Source of the DNA: Gammaproteobacteria bacterium
GTDB lineage: Bacteria > Pseudomonadota > Gammaproteobacteria > JABABF01
NCBI GenBank assembly: GCA_965237805.1
Contig: OZ250153.1
Location: 192,001 to 256,000, forward strand
Length of the DNA stretch: 64,000 nt
Direction of reading: 5' to 3'
Under the pieces are notes generated by a model. That model searched no databases, had not been told where the DNA came from, and saw only the letters and a list, made by a program, of their open reading frames with translations. Positions 41,358 through 51,655 of the stretch are shown piece after piece. A program made the translations under genes and the position numbers. Each line of letters opens with the position of its first letter. Position 1 is the first letter of the stretch.

Positions 41358-42062
41358 CTACATGGCGCGCTTGAGCAAGCGAGTGCGCAGCTGGCCGATA
41401 GCGCGGGTCGGGTTGAGTTTTTTGGGACAGGATGCGACGCAGTTCTGGATGCCATGGCAACGGAACAGGCTGAAGGCATCCTCCAGTCGCGCCAGACGCT
41501 CTTCGTCAGCGGTATCGCGGCTGTCGGCCAAGAAACGCCATGCCTGCAACAGCCCAGCCGGACCGACAAAGCGCTGTGGATTCCACCAAAAAGATGGGCA
41601 GCTGGTGGAGCAGCAGGCACAGAGAATGCATTCGTAGAGCCCGTCGAGCTGGGCGCGCTCCTGCGGCGATTGCAGGCGCTCAATCGCGGGCGGTGCTTCG
41701 TCGTTGATCAGATAGGGCTTGATGCTCTCGTACTGACGATAGAACATTTCCATGTCGACAACCAAATCGCGCACCACTGGCAGGCCGGGGAGCGGTCGCA
41801 ACAGCAACCGTCCCTTCGGCGCTGCTTCCGACAGCGGGGTGATACAGGCCAAGCCATTGCTCCCGCCGATGTTCATGCCATCGGAGCCGCATACCCCCTC
41901 GCGACAGGAGCGTCTGTAGCTCAGCGATGGATCCTGTTCGCGCAGACCTTCAAGCACATCGAGCACCATCAGGTCGCGGCCTTTGGTGTCATATTCAAAA
42001 TGCTGCATCCGCGGTGCTTCATCGCGCTCCGGATGGTAACGGTAGATACTGACTGCGAGCAT
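41358..42062 (-). CDS. sdhB: Succinate dehydrogenase iron-sulfur subunit
   Basis: RRSCREGVCGSD, CILCACCSTSCP, CHGIQNCVASCP; ATG 42062 after GAGGAG. Confidence 0.96.
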   Translation of the reverse strand: MLAVSIYRYHPERDEAPRMQHFEYDTKGRDLMVLDVLEGLREQDPSLSYRRSCREGVCGSDGMNIGGSNGLACITPLSEAAPKGRLLLRPLPGLPVVRDLVVDMEMFYRQYESIKPYLINDEAPPAIERLQSPQERAQLDGLYECILCACCSTSCPSFWWNPQRFVGPAGLLQAWRFLADSRDTADEERLARLEDAFSLFRCHGIQNCVASCPKKLNPTRAIGQLRTRLLKRAM

Positions 42063-42084
42063 GGTTTGATTGTTCTCCTCGGGC

Positions 42085-43866
42085 TCAGTAGCTGCGAACG
42101 GTGGGCTGGAAAGCGTCCATGTCCTTGGGTGTGCAGTTGACCTCGCGGCGCGCATAGCGGTTGCCCTTGCTCCAGTAGAGCGAATGGCATAGCCAATTCT
42201 CGTCGTCGCGTTCCGGGTAATCTTCGCGGGCATGGGCACCGCGACTCTCGGTGCGCCACTCGGCGGCGAAAGCAGTGGCTTCGGCCACTTCGTAGAGGTT
42301 TTGCAGCTCGAGGATCTCAATGCGCTCGGTGTTGAAAGCAGCACTGTGATCGCTGAGCGTCAAGGCTTCGATACGCGGGCGCAGAGCCTGCAGCTCAGCG
42401 CGTCCCTCGCGCATCAGATCGCCATGGCGGAAGACACCGAAACAGCGTTGCATCACCGCCTGCATCGCACGCCGTAAGCCCGCCGGGGTGTCACCGCTAC
42501 CATCGCCCGCCGCCTCGATACGTCTCAGGCGCACCATCGCCCGCTCCAAGTCATCGCCAGTCGATGCTGGCTGAGCGCTGCCTGCGCTCAGGACATCGGC
42601 GACGAACAGGCCAGTGGCGCGGCCAAAGACGACCAGATCTAATAGCGAGTTGCCGCCGAGGCGGTTGGCACCGTGCACCGACACGCAGGCCACTTCGCCA
42701 CAGGCGTAGAGCCCCGGCACTGCCTCATCGCTGCCGCTGTCGCTGCGCCGCAAAACTTGGCCGTTGATGTTGACTGGCAAGCCTCCCATCATGTAGTGGC
42801 ATGTGGGCAGCACCGGGATCGGATCGCGTATCGGGTCGATATGGGCAAAAGTGCGCGAGAGTTCGCAGATGCCAGGTAAGCGGCTGTTGATCACTGCTGC
42901 GCCCAAGTGATCCAGCTTGAGCAACACATGGTCGCGTGCCTCGCCGCAGCCGCGATTCTCTTGCAGCTCCAACATCATCGAGCGGGCGACCACATCGCGA
43001 CCTGCGAGATCTTTGGCATTGGGTGCGTAACGCTCCATGAAACGCTCGCCATCGCGGTTGATCAGGTAGCCCCCCTCGCCCCGGCAGCCCTCGGTGATCA
43101 AGACGCCAGCACCGTGGATGCCGGTGGGATGGAATTGCCACATCTCCATATCCTGCACCGGCACATCGGCGCGCAGCGCCATGGCGATACCATCGCCAGT
43201 ATTGATATGAGCATTGGTGGTAGAGGCGTAGATGCGCCCGGCTCCGCCAGTGGCGAGCACGATGGCCTGCGCCTGTAGCCAGAGCTGCTCGCCGTCCTCA
43301 ATATTGATGGCGACGACGCCGGTCACCGAGCCGTCGGCGTTGGTCACCAAATCGACGACAAACCACTCATTGAGGAACACCACCTGCTGACGCAAGTTGT
43401 TCTGATAGAGCGTGTGCAGCAGTGCATGGCCGGTGCGGTCGGCGGCAGCGCAGGTGCGCGCCGCCTGCCCGCCTTTGCCATATTCCCGCGACTGGCCGCC
43501 AAAGGGGCGCTGGTAGATGCGACCGTTTTCAGTGCGCGAAAAGGGCAATCCCATATGCTCGAGTTCGAATACTGCTTCGGGGCCGGTGCGGCACATATAT
43601 TCGATGGCATCTTGGTCGCCGATGTAGTCGGCACCTTTGACAGTGTCGTACATATGCCAGCGCCAGTCGTCTTCGGGGTCGGCGCTGGCGATGGCGCAGG
43701 TGATGCCACCTTGGGCGGAAACAGTGTGCGAACGCGTCGGGAAAACCTTGGACAGCACCGCCGTGCGGTGAGCGGAGCCGGCCAGCTGCAGAGCGGCGCG
43801 CAGACCGGCACCGCCACCGCCGATGATCAGCGCATCGAAACTCATGCTGCGCAGCTGTTCAGCCAT
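42085..43866 (-). CDS. sdhA: Succinate dehydrogenase flavoprotein
   Basis: [39 protein letters not shown]; ATG 43866 after GGAGGT. Confidence 0.96.
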   Translation of the reverse strand: MAEQLRSMSFDALIIGGGGAGLRAALQLAGSAHRTAVLSKVFPTRSHTVSAQGGITCAIASADPEDDWRWHMYDTVKGADYIGDQDAIEYMCRTGPEAVFELEHMGLPFSRTENGRIYQRPFGGQSREYGKGGQAARTCAAADRTGHALLHTLYQNNLRQQVVFLNEWFVVDLVTNADGSVTGVVAINIEDGEQLWLQAQAIVLATGGAGRIYASTTNAHINTGDGIAMALRADVPVQDMEMWQFHPTGIHGAGVLITEGCRGEGGYLINRDGERFMERYAPNAKDLAGRDVVARSMMLELQENRGCGEARDHVLLKLDHLGAAVINSRLPGICELSRTFAHIDPIRDPIPVLPTCHYMMGGLPVNINGQVLRRSDSGSDEAVPGLYACGEVACVSVHGANRLGGNSLLDLVVFGRATGLFVADVLSAGSAQPASTGDDLERAMVRLRRIEAAGDGSGDTPAGLRRAMQAVMQRCFGVFRHGDLMREGRAELQALRPRIEALTLSDHSAAFNTERIEILELQNLYEVAEATAFAAEWRTESRGAHAREDYPERDDENWLCHSLYWSKGNRYARREVNCTPKDMDAFQPTVRSY

Positions 43867-43883
43867 TGATCCGCCCACCTCCG

Positions 43884-44274
43884 CTAGTGGAACACTGCCA
43901 GTGCGCCAATGCCCAGATAGAGGCAGATGAGCAGTAGCACGGCAGCCTGAGCCAACAGGCGCAAAGCCCTGCTCTTGGCACCCATCATATGTGGTACAAA
44001 GTAGTCGTTGATCACCGCCCACAGCCCGATCCAGGCGTGGCCAGCTGGCAGCCAGCGCCAGCACACTGAACGCTCGGAAGAGCGTGCTGGCGAAGAGCTG
44101 GTGCCACTCGGTATAACCCAGCTTCGGATGGCACAGGAAAAAGATCACCATAAACAGGCCGTAGGCCAGCAATACAAGGGCACCGGCGCGCTGCACGAGC
44201 CAGTCTTGTACGCCATTGCGCCCGAGGCTGCTCAGGGCGACATCCCGTTCACTACTCGCTGTATCCGATGTCAT
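43884..44274 (-). pseudogene. sdhD: Succinate dehydrogenase hydrophobic anchor, frameshifted at ~44046 (real lesion or sequence error)
   Basis: N-half [12 protein letters not shown]...FSVLALAA lies in one frame; C-half [14 protein letters not shown]...RLL lies in another. Confidence 0.85.
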
Positions 44275-44284
44275 CGCGAGCCTC

Positions 44285-44662
44285 TCAGCACAGCCAGTAA
44301 GCGGCGAGAGCGGCGAGCAACGCCGCAGAGCCCAGCACCAGCCAAGCACCGAGTACGCCGCTATGCAGTTCCTCACCCCAGCCCATGTCCATCAGCAGAT
44401 GGCGCACGCCAGCGCAGCTGTGGTATGCCAGTGCCGACAGCACCAGCCACAGCAACAGGCAACCGACTGGCTCCTCAAACAAGAGTTGGCGCACGGTGTT
44501 GTAGCTGGCCGCTGAGTCCAGTGAGAAATAGAGCGCCAGCAACAATGGGGCACTGCCTAAAAAGAGCACGACACCAGAGATGCGGTGCAGGATCGACACC
44601 AATGCTGGGACTGGCAGTTTGATGGTGAGGATGGCCAAATTGACCGGTCGCCGATCTTCCAT
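44285..44662 (-). CDS. sdhC: Succinate dehydrogenase cytochrome b556 subunit
   Basis: [24 protein letters not shown]. Confidence 0.95.
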   Translation of the reverse strand: MEDRRPVNLAILTIKLPVPALVSILHRISGVVLFLGSAPLLLALYFSLDSAASYNTVRQLLFEEPVGCLLLWLVLSALAYHSCAGVRHLLMDMGWGEELHSGVLGAWLVLGSAALLAALAAYWLC

Positions 44663-44798
44663 CAATTTCACTTGCTACACATGTTGAGCATACGGCGAGG
44701 CACACACCGAAGTTGTCAAATTGTAGCAGAGTCGCACCATGCCGAGCGGCGGCTACGCCGCGCCAGCGCCCGCTTAGGAAGTGTCTCAGCGCAGCGAG

Positions 44799-45512
44799 CT
44801 AGCCGGTGCCGCGATCAGCGCTGCCACTCGTTTCAGCGCCGCTCGGCGCTGCTGTGGCACAGCGCAATTCGCGCAGCTGATGCCATAGCACTGCCTTCCG
44901 CGCCGGCTGCGCAAGACAATGGCGCAGGCTCTCGCAACGCAGCACTTGCGTCGGCATAGCTGGCTCGTTCTCAACAGGCAGCTGCTGAGCGGTGTCTGCT
45001 CCCATCAACAGCATCCAACTCGCGCCATCGGCCAGTCCTGCGATGAAGCCCAGTGCCGCGCCGCGCCCGGCCTCAGCGCCGCCGTCACCGGCGGGCGGCG
45101 GCCAGCGCAACTGCTGGCAATGAGGAGACTGTGTCGACAGGCCACAGGCAGCGAGCAAATTACCGAGTAGCGCGAGCCATTGTGGGGACGCTTGGCGCTC
45201 CGCCACCGCCAGCTGATCCACCACCAACACATCGCCGACGCGCGCCGCCACCAAGTGGTAGCTGAGCTCCGCCGTCTGGCGGGATGCTCGCTGCCTCAGC
45301 GCAGAGTCGCCTCGCTGGCGTCGCCCGGCAGCCTGCGCCGTGGCAGCTGGCACTGTCGTAGGGGTGGCTGCGGCGGCTGGCAGAGGTGGTGGCTCGAACA
45401 GCGGATGCGCCGCCGCCCCCGGCAGCTGCCGCCGAGGCGCGAAGCATTCGATGTCCAAACGGCCCGCCATCCGGCGGCGGGCGGCGGGCGATGACAGCGA
45501 CTCAGATGCCAT
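44799..45512 (-). CDS. Probable pseudomonad-type DNA polymerase III psi subunit
   Basis: N-terminus RR...LDIECFAPRRQLPGA, Pro/Ala linker and C-terminus SLRHCLAQPARKAVLWHQL resemble the conserved ends of HolD. Confidence 0.55.
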   Translation of the reverse strand: MASESLSSPAARRRMAGRLDIECFAPRRQLPGAAAHPLFEPPPLPAAAATPTTVPAATAQAAGRRQRGDSALRQRASRQTAELSYHLVAARVGDVLVVDQLAVAERQASPQWLALLGNLLAACGLSTQSPHCQQLRWPPPAGDGGAEAGRGAALGFIAGLADGASWMLLMGADTAQQLPVENEPAMPTQVLRCESLRHCLAQPARKAVLWHQLRELRCATAAPSGAETSGSADRGTG

Positions 45513-47052
45513 CGAGCTGTGGGTGCCGCTGCACCGTGCGGCCGAGGCGGCGTTGCGCGTCGAGCCAAGCGCGCGCCGAGGCGCTCACCACATCCTCGTC
45601 GATGCCGGTGCCGTTGGCGGTCTGGTTGCCGTGCGCCAGCTGTACCGCAGCTCTGCCCCGCGCCGCAGCGTTGCCGTGCGGAGCCGAATTGAGCGAATAG
45701 AGCAGCAGTCGAGCCTCGCTGTTGGTGGCTGCAGCCAATGCGCTGAAGACGGCATCGATCGGGCCGGTGCCCACGCTCTCGGCGCGCCGCTCGACACCAT
45801 CGATACACAACAGCACTTCGGCAGTGGCACCGTTGGCTAGGGAGCGATAGCTGATCTCGCGCAGCTGAGTGTCGTCGTCCTCGCTTGAGGGCAACTCACC
45901 GAGCAGGGTTGGCAGATCCTCATCAAAGACCTCGTGCTGGTGCGAGGCCAATTTCTTGAAGCGATCGAAGATATCGCCGAACTGTGGCTCGTCAAAGCAC
46001 AGCCCCAAGTCTTCCATCCGTCGACGCAAAGCGGCACGTCCGGAATGTTTGCCGAGCACCAGCTGGTTGGAGTACCAGCCCACATCCTCGGCATTCATGA
46101 TCTCGTAGGTCTGGCGGTGTTTGAGCACGCCATCTTGGTGGATGCCAGCCTCGTGTGCGAAGGCGTTGCGTCCGACGATGGCTTTGTTGGGTTGCACATA
46201 GAAACCGGTGGTCTCCGACACCAGACGCGAGATTGGCACCAAGTGGCGTCGCTCGATACGGGTCTGCAACGCGAAGCGGTCGCTGCGTGTGGCCACCGCC
46301 ATCACCACCTCCTCCAACGATGCGTTGCCAGCGCGCTCACCGATGCCGTTGATGGTGCATTCGACCTGCCGCACACCAGCTCTGATCGCGGCCAAGGAAT
46401 TGGCCACGGCCAAGCCGAGATCGTTGTGGCAGTGTACCGAAAATACGGCACGATCAGCGTTCGGCACCGAAGCCAACAGATCGCCGATCAAGGCGGCAAA
46501 CTCCGCGGGTTCGGCGTAACCGACCGTGTCGGGCAGGTTGATGGTGCCCGCACCGGCATCGATGGCGGCCTCGACGATACGACAGAGGAAGTCCCGCTCG
46601 GAGCGGCTGGCATCTTCGCAGGAGAACTCGACATCATCGCACAGATTACGTGCCCGTCGTACCGCCGCCACCGCCCGCTCGCAGACCTCGTCGGGCGGCA
46701 TCCGCAATTTGTGTGCCATATGCACTGGCGAGGTGGCAATAAAAGTGTGGATACGGGCGTTGCCGCGGGCGATGGCCGGTGCCAAGGCCTGCCCCGCCCG
46801 GTCGATATCCGAGAATAGAGCGCGTGCCAAGCTGCACACGCTGCTTTCTTCTATCTGCTCGGCCACCGCCAGCACCGAGGCGTGGTCATCCTCGCTGGAG
46901 GCGGCGAAACCCGCTTCGATGACATCGACGCGGAGTTTCTCCAGCATATGGGCGATCACGAGCTTCTCCGGGCGCGTCATCGAAGCCCCGGGGCTCTGTT
47001 CGCCGTCGCGCAAAGTGGTGTCAAAAATGCGTAGCAAGGCTTGGGCGCTCAT
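45502..47052 (-). CDS. leuA: 2-isopropylmalate synthase
   Basis: [40 protein letters not shown]-terminal regulatory domain (GPIDA). Confidence 0.96.
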   Translation of the reverse strand: MSAQALLRIFDTTLRDGEQSPGASMTRPEKLVIAHMLEKLRVDVIEAGFAASSEDDHASVLAVAEQIEESSVCSLARALFSDIDRAGQALAPAIARGNARIHTFIATSPVHMAHKLRMPPDEVCERAVAAVRRARNLCDDVEFSCEDASRSERDFLCRIVEAAIDAGAGTINLPDTVGYAEPAEFAALIGDLLASVPNADRAVFSVHCHNDLGLAVANSLAAIRAGVRQVECTINGIGERAGNASLEEVVMAVATRSDRFALQTRIERRHLVPISRLVSETTGFYVQPNKAIVGRNAFAHEAGIHQDGVLKHRQTYEIMNAEDVGWYSNQLVLGKHSGRAALRRRMEDLGLCFDEPQFGDIFDRFKKLASHQHEVFDEDLPTLLGELPSSEDDDTQLREISYRSLANGATAEVLLCIDGVERRAESVGTGPIDAVFSALAAATNSEARLLLYSLNSAPHGNAAARGRAAVQLAHGNQTANGTGIDEDVVSASARAWLDAQRRLGRTVQRHPQLDGI

Positions 47053-47114
47053 GCTGGTCTCCTAGCCTCAACGCCCACCGCAGCGCATGGCTCGGCGGAT
47101 CGATGTGGCACTTG

Positions 47115-47146
47115 AAAATAGAGTGACCCCGACCGGAGCCGGGCGT
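47115..47146 (-). terminator. Attenuator terminator hairpin upstream of leuA
   Basis: AC(G)CCCGGC-UCCG-GUCGGGGU stem-loop followed by CACUCUAUUUU. Confidence 0.6.
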
Positions 47147-47180
47147 GGCATCGAAAGTTGATTGATGTCGTCGAGAGCCC

Positions 47181-47267
47181 CTAGCGGGGCAGCAGAAGGC
47201 TAAGACCCAGCGCACGGCGCAAAAGGCCAGCTGCGGGGCGGATATCGGAGGAGCCAAGAGATTGCAT
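47181..47267 (-). CDS. Leu-rich leader peptide of leuA (28 aa)
   Basis: MQSLGSSDIRPAAGLLRRALGLSLLLPR*, 8 Leu, lying between a near-consensus promoter and the hairpins. Confidence 0.72.
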   Translation of the reverse strand: MQSLGSSDIRPAAGLLRRALGLSLLLPR

Positions 47268-47276
47268 AACGATGGA

Positions 47277-47305
47277 ATTATGGCACCGTTGCCGCCCACT
47301 GTCAA
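47277..47305 (-). promoter_or_regulatory. Sigma70 promoter of the leuA leader
   Basis: TTGACA (47305-47300) - 17 nt - CATAAT (47282-47277). Confidence 0.75.
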
Positions 47306-47455
47306 GCCTTTTTAGAGGGGCTGAGAGACCAAGTGTGCAGGCGATGTTCCGCTTGTTATAGAGGGCGGTTTTGGATTAAGGTTTGATGCAAGATAAGGTG
47401 TGACACATTTTCAACATCATGTCTCGCCGCAACCCAGCTGCTAGCCACCCCCTGC

Positions 47456-47926
47456 CTAGTCCGGATCACCCGCTGAGTGGCAGCGCATCATCGAGTTGGT
47501 TGGGAAGCGCAGCGCCACTTCGTCGCGCTGCTTGCGTCGCTCCATCTGGTAGACGATGATGCCGCGGTCTGGCTTGCGCTGTGATCGACGCTTGGAGAGC
47601 GCTTGCCCACACCGACGCATCTGGTCACCGGGAGGCACGGCTCGAGCAGCGCCACCTGGTCCCAGCCGAGCCCGGCCACGGTGGCGCTACGGCGCGGCCA
47701 TCATCCGATCGCGCCCCAAGCGCATCACCAGCACACAAGGGTGCAAGCCCGAAGCACAGAAGCCCAAGGGCCACTCCGGGCCGACATCCGCAGCTAAGTG
47801 GAAGGGCTGTGGATCCCATTGGCGCGCGAATTCGATGATCTCTTCAGCGCTCAGTGCACGCGGCTCGGATTCTTGCCACCGAGCCACTTCGATATCCTCG
47901 TAGTACATCAACTCCATATCGGTCAT
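47456..47926 (-). pseudogene. MaoC-like dehydratase, broken by two frameshifts
   Basis: YYEDI..EEIIEFARQWDPQPFHL...ASGLH in one frame, GLGWDQVALLEP in a second, PGDQMR...KPDRGIIV in a further segment. Confidence 0.8.
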
Positions 47927-47930
47927 CGCT

Positions 47931-48539
47931 TCAACGCCTCGCCGTGCGCGCCCGGTCCGGTCGCAGGCGCAGGCCCAACAACAGCGCGAATAGCGCGGCG
48001 TAGATCAGCGGCTCGAGCAGATCTTTGGAGAGCCAATAAAAATGGATGGCGGCCAGCGGCGCAATGATGTAGATCAATCTGTGCAAGCGCTTCCAGCGCC
48101 GCCCGAGGCGGCGTTGTGCGGCGCGATTCGAGGTGGCTCCCAACGGTAGCAGCAGCAGCCAAGCCAGTGCCCCGACCAGCAGCCATGGATGCTCGACGAT
48201 CTCCTCCAGCAGCGCCGTCGCATCCCAACCGAGCAGCAGGCTCAGATAGGCGAGCAGATGCGTGCTGGCATAGCCCAAGCACATCAGCCCCAGCGTGCGT
48301 CGGCAGCGCAGTAGCCCGGCACCACCCAGCCGGAGCAGCCGCCGCAACGGTGTGATCGCCAAGGTGGCGAGCAATAGGCGCAAGGCCCACAGGCCGGCGA
48401 ACAGGACCACTTCCCGCGGCGGGTCGGCCCCCAAATCTCCGCTCAGCCCGCGCCGCACCAACAGTGCCAAGGGCAGCGCACACAACAGCGCCAAAGCACT
48501 TTGCGGCAAGTAGGCGAGCAGCCTAGAAGCGACCGCCAC
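47931..48539 (-). CDS. msrQ: MsrQ heme-binding membrane subunit
   Basis: LGADP, GLWAL, TP, RRTLGL, Y...H, TSN, W.RLHRLIY. Confidence 0.93.
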   Translation of the reverse strand: MAVASRLLAYLPQSALALLCALPLALLVRRGLSGDLGADPPREVVLFAGLWALRLLLATLAITPLRRLLRLGGAGLLRCRRTLGLMCLGYASTHLLAYLSLLLGWDATALLEEIVEHPWLLVGALAWLLLLPLGATSNRAAQRRLGRRWKRLHRLIYIIAPLAAIHFYWLSKDLLEPLIYAALFALLLGLRLRPDRARTARR

Positions 48540-48542
48540 GCT

Positions 48543-49592
48543 TCAAAAATGCCGCCGCAAATCCATGCCGTTGTAGAGCTGGGCCACTTGTGGCGCGTAG
48601 CCGTTGAAGGCTTGGGTGGGGATGTAGTTTGGTTGTCGCAGGCCACTCGGCAGGCGGCGCTCTTTGGCCTGACTCCAGCGCGGATGCGAGACCGCCGGAT
48701 TGACATTGGCATAGAAGCCGTACTCGCGCGGCGCACTACGATTCCAACTGGTCGGTGGCTGTTGCTCGACCAAGTGCATGCTAGCGATGGATTTGATGCC
48801 CTTGAAGCCGTATTTCCACGGCACCACCAGACGCAGCGGCGCGCCATTTTGGGGCAGCAGCGCCTGACCGTAGAGGCCGACTGCCAGCAAGCTCAGCGGG
48901 TGCATCGCCTCGTCGATGCGCAAACCCTCGACATAGGGCCATTGCAAGCTGCCGAAGCGGTTGCGATGCGTCGGGATGCGTCCCGGTTCGTGCAGCGTGC
49001 TAAAGGCCACATAGCGGGCCTTGGAAGTCGGCTTTAGCGCACGCAACAGCGCGGCCAGAGGGATGCCGATCCACGGGATGACCATGGACCACGCCTCGAC
49101 GCAGCGCATGCGGTAAATACGCTCTTCCAGCGGGTGGCGCGCCATCAAATCCTCCAACAAATAATCGCCCGGACGATCGATCTCTCCGCCGATACGAAGC
49201 GTCCACGGTGCCACCGGTAACAGCGCCTTGGCATGGCGCGCCGGATCATCTTTGCCAGTGCCGAATTCGTAGAAATTGTTATAGCCAGCGACATATTTCA
49301 ACGGCGTCAGCGCTTCGGCAGTGCGCAGCCCGGCCAACTCGTCGTCGGCAGTGGACGTGCGGTACTCCAACGGGGCCCCCGGTGCGGGCTGCTCGGAGGC
49401 CAGCTCGGCAGCTGTCAGCGGTGCTGCCGGCGTGTCTGCGCCCTCGCCCATGGCGAACAGACGGCTCGGCAGGCTGCCCAGAGCTGCCGCACCGGCACCG
49501 AGCCCGAGCAGCTGGCGGCGGCGCAAGTAGACGCTGTGTGAGCAAATTTCAGAGCTGCGCGGGGCGCAGGGATCGGCGCGGCGAATCAACAT
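48543..49592 (-). CDS. msrP: MsrP periplasmic methionine sulfoxide reductase (molybdoenzyme)
   Basis: Tat motif [43 protein letters not shown]. Confidence 0.95.
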   Translation of the reverse strand: MLIRRADPCAPRSSEICSHSVYLRRRQLLGLGAGAAALGSLPSRLFAMGEGADTPAAPLTAAELASEQPAPGAPLEYRTSTADDELAGLRTAEALTPLKYVAGYNNFYEFGTGKDDPARHAKALLPVAPWTLRIGGEIDRPGDYLLEDLMARHPLEERIYRMRCVEAWSMVIPWIGIPLAALLRALKPTSKARYVAFSTLHEPGRIPTHRNRFGSLQWPYVEGLRIDEAMHPLSLLAVGLYGQALLPQNGAPLRLVVPWKYGFKGIKSIASMHLVEQQPPTSWNRSAPREYGFYANVNPAVSHPRWSQAKERRLPSGLRQPNYIPTQAFNGYAPQVAQLYNGMDLRRHF

Positions 49593-50467
49593 GACTTGGC
49601 AGTGCTCTTGGTGCGGCGCAGAGCTTGCTTCCACAGCCAAGTCAGCGGTCCAGACAGGGCGTAGAGGCTGGATATCAGCAATAGCATCCACGGCGGATTG
49701 AGCGAGACCACCACCAGCATCAGCAGCAAGGTGACGGTGACGCCAAAAGGCACACGGCGGCGCGAGCCTGAGTCTTTGAAACTGCGGTAGGGAACGGTGA
49801 GCAACATCAGGGTGCCAGCCGTCAAGATCGTCGCCGCCACCAGCCATGCCAGCATCGGTGGCACCACACCGCCGCCAGCACCGCCATAGCCGATGTCGCA
49901 CAGCCCCCAGACTAGCGCACTCAGCAACATCGCAGCCAAGGGGCTGGAGAGGCCCTGGAAATAGCGCGGCGCGCGGTCGGCGACTTGGCTGTTGAAGCGC
50001 GACAGGCGCATCGCCGTGCAGGCGGCATAGAAGAAGGCGATGGCCTGGCCGGTATTGCCGAGGGAGTACAGCCCCCAGTGGTAGGCAATCAAGGGCGGGG
50101 CGATGCCGAATGAGACCATGTCGGCAAAGCTGTCGTAATGCAGCCCAAAGGTGCTCTGAGCGTTGATGCGACGCGCCACCTTGCCGTCCAAGCCGTCGAA
50201 TAGCATGGCGATGAACACAGCCATCGCAGCGTATTCATGGCGCCCGCCAGCCGATTGCAAAATCGCCCAAAAACCGGCAAACAACACCACCGTGGTCAGT
50301 AAGTTAGGCCACAGGTAGATGACCGGATAACGTGCGGATGAGGACTGCAGCTCGCCAGTGGCGACCGCATCGTGTTCGGGACTGGGCAAACGCGTGATGT
50401 GGGCTGACTGTGGAGTGTTCGCCATCTCAGCGTTCCGTGCCCGCTCGCTATCAATGGGCAAACTCAT
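49586..50467 (-). CDS. pssA: CDP-diacylglycerol-serine O-phosphatidyltransferase
   Basis: [14 protein letters not shown]...[23 protein letters not shown]; upstream of msrP. Confidence 0.92.
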   Translation of the reverse strand: MSLPIDSERARNAEMANTPQSAHITRLPSPEHDAVATGELQSSSARYPVIYLWPNLLTTVVLFAGFWAILQSAGGRHEYAAMAVFIAMLFDGLDGKVARRINAQSTFGLHYDSFADMVSFGIAPPLIAYHWGLYSLGNTGQAIAFFYAACTAMRLSRFNSQVADRAPRYFQGLSSPLAAMLLSALVWGLCDIGYGGAGGGVVPPMLAWLVAATILTAGTLMLLTVPYRSFKDSGSRRRVPFGVTVTLLLMLVVVSLNPPWMLLLISSLYALSGPLTWLWKQALRRTKSTAKSC

Positions 50468-50470
50468 TTT

Positions 50471-51502
50471 TCAAACGCCAATTTCGACCATAATCTTGGC
50501 ACCGTGCTCGGGATCGCTGGCAGCGGTGAAGGCGGCGGCGAAATCGTCCAGCCCGAAGTGTGCACTGATCAGCGGATCGGTATCGAAAGTGGGGTCGGCC
50601 AGCAGCTCCAGCGCGGCGTGAAACTCATCTCCGGGGTAGCCCATCGAACCCTGCAAGCGGAAGTCTTTCATCAGCACCGTGATCAGATCCAGCGGCACCG
50701 GCTCACTGTGCAGACCGGCGATCACCAGCCGCGAGCCCGGCGGCGCGCCACCGACAATGCTCTGTACTACCTGCGCTTTACCGGCAGCGTCAAAGAACAG
50801 CTCAGTGTTGGGAACTTGCTGAGCGAAAAAAGTCTGCTCGCCGTGGTGGTGCCGCAAAGTCTCCCATGGCTCGCCGTCGCCCGGAGCGAGTGCGGCAACA
50901 GCGCCGAGCTGCAGCGCCAGCTCGCGGCGCGCAGCCGAAAAATCCACCGCCACAATATCGCGCACACCGCGCCGGCTCAGCAGCGCGACGATGCCCAAGC
51001 CGATCGGCCCAACGCCGAAAACGGCGGCCCGTTCACCCGCCACCGGCGCGCCGATATTGACGGCGTGCAGCGACACTGCCAGCGGCTCGGTCAGCGCAGC
51101 TCGGTGGAAGGAGACCGCGTCGGGTAAGGGCAGCAGCACGCCGCCCGCAGCGACATTGCGCACCAGCAGATAATCACCAAAGCCCCCCTCGGGGCCACCG
51201 TTGCCGATCATATTGTCCGCCGCCATCGGATTGACGGTCACGCGCATGCCGGGGTGCAACTCCGCCACGCCCTCGCCCACCGCCTCGATCACCGCTGAAA
51301 GTTCGTGTCCCAGCGGCATCGGCTGCGCGGAGGGGCCGAGCAAGCCGCCGCGAGCGACATAGCCGAGGTCGCTACCGCAGATGCCACAGACCATCACCCG
51401 CAACAAAACCTCGCCCGCCGCCGGTGTCGGCACGGGCACACGCTCTAGTTTAAAGTCGTCCGGGCCGTACAGCTTGACCAGCCGCATCTCAGCTGTTGTC
51501 AC
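50471..51502 (-). CDS. Zn-dependent medium-chain dehydrogenase lacking the structural-Zn loop
   Basis: GICGSDL, LGHE, LTEPLAV, GVGPIG. Confidence 0.88.
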   Translation of the reverse strand: MTTAEMRLVKLYGPDDFKLERVPVPTPAAGEVLLRVMVCGICGSDLGYVARGGLLGPSAQPMPLGHELSAVIEAVGEGVAELHPGMRVTVNPMAADNMIGNGGPEGGFGDYLLVRNVAAGGVLLPLPDAVSFHRAALTEPLAVSLHAVNIGAPVAGERAAVFGVGPIGLGIVALLSRRGVRDIVAVDFSAARRELALQLGAVAALAPGDGEPWETLRHHHGEQTFFAQQVPNTELFFDAAGKAQVVQSIVGGAPPGSRLVIAGLHSEPVPLDLITVLMKDFRLQGSMGYPGDEFHAALELLADPTFDTDPLISAHFGLDDFAAAFTAASDPEHGAKIMVEIGV

Positions 51503-51655
51503 TATGAGCGATCCCCTCGCAAGCTGCTGGTCATCATGCTTGCCTATTGTATGATGTATGCCATGAACTGGTTGTTTTCTCAGCTGTTGCCGTGCGCCGA
51601 GCTGGCATCCTTAAACGAGATTGGCAACAGAGCTAACTAATCAGAGTCTATCCCT

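Noticed and set aside
42085-44376. 763-aa SdhA with a long N-terminal extension as a genuine novel protein
   Set aside because: Explained by the sdhD frameshift; sdhA has its own RBS and ATG at 43866.
47306-47455. 150-bp spacer with a TGTGA half-site
   Set aside because: No matching TCACA half-site at the correct spacing, and no ORF or stable structure recognised.
51548-51560. TGTATG-A-TGTATG direct repeat in the dehydrogenase/hydratase divergent spacer
   Set aside because: Too short to distinguish from a -10 element (TATGAT) or chance, and no adjacent regulator.
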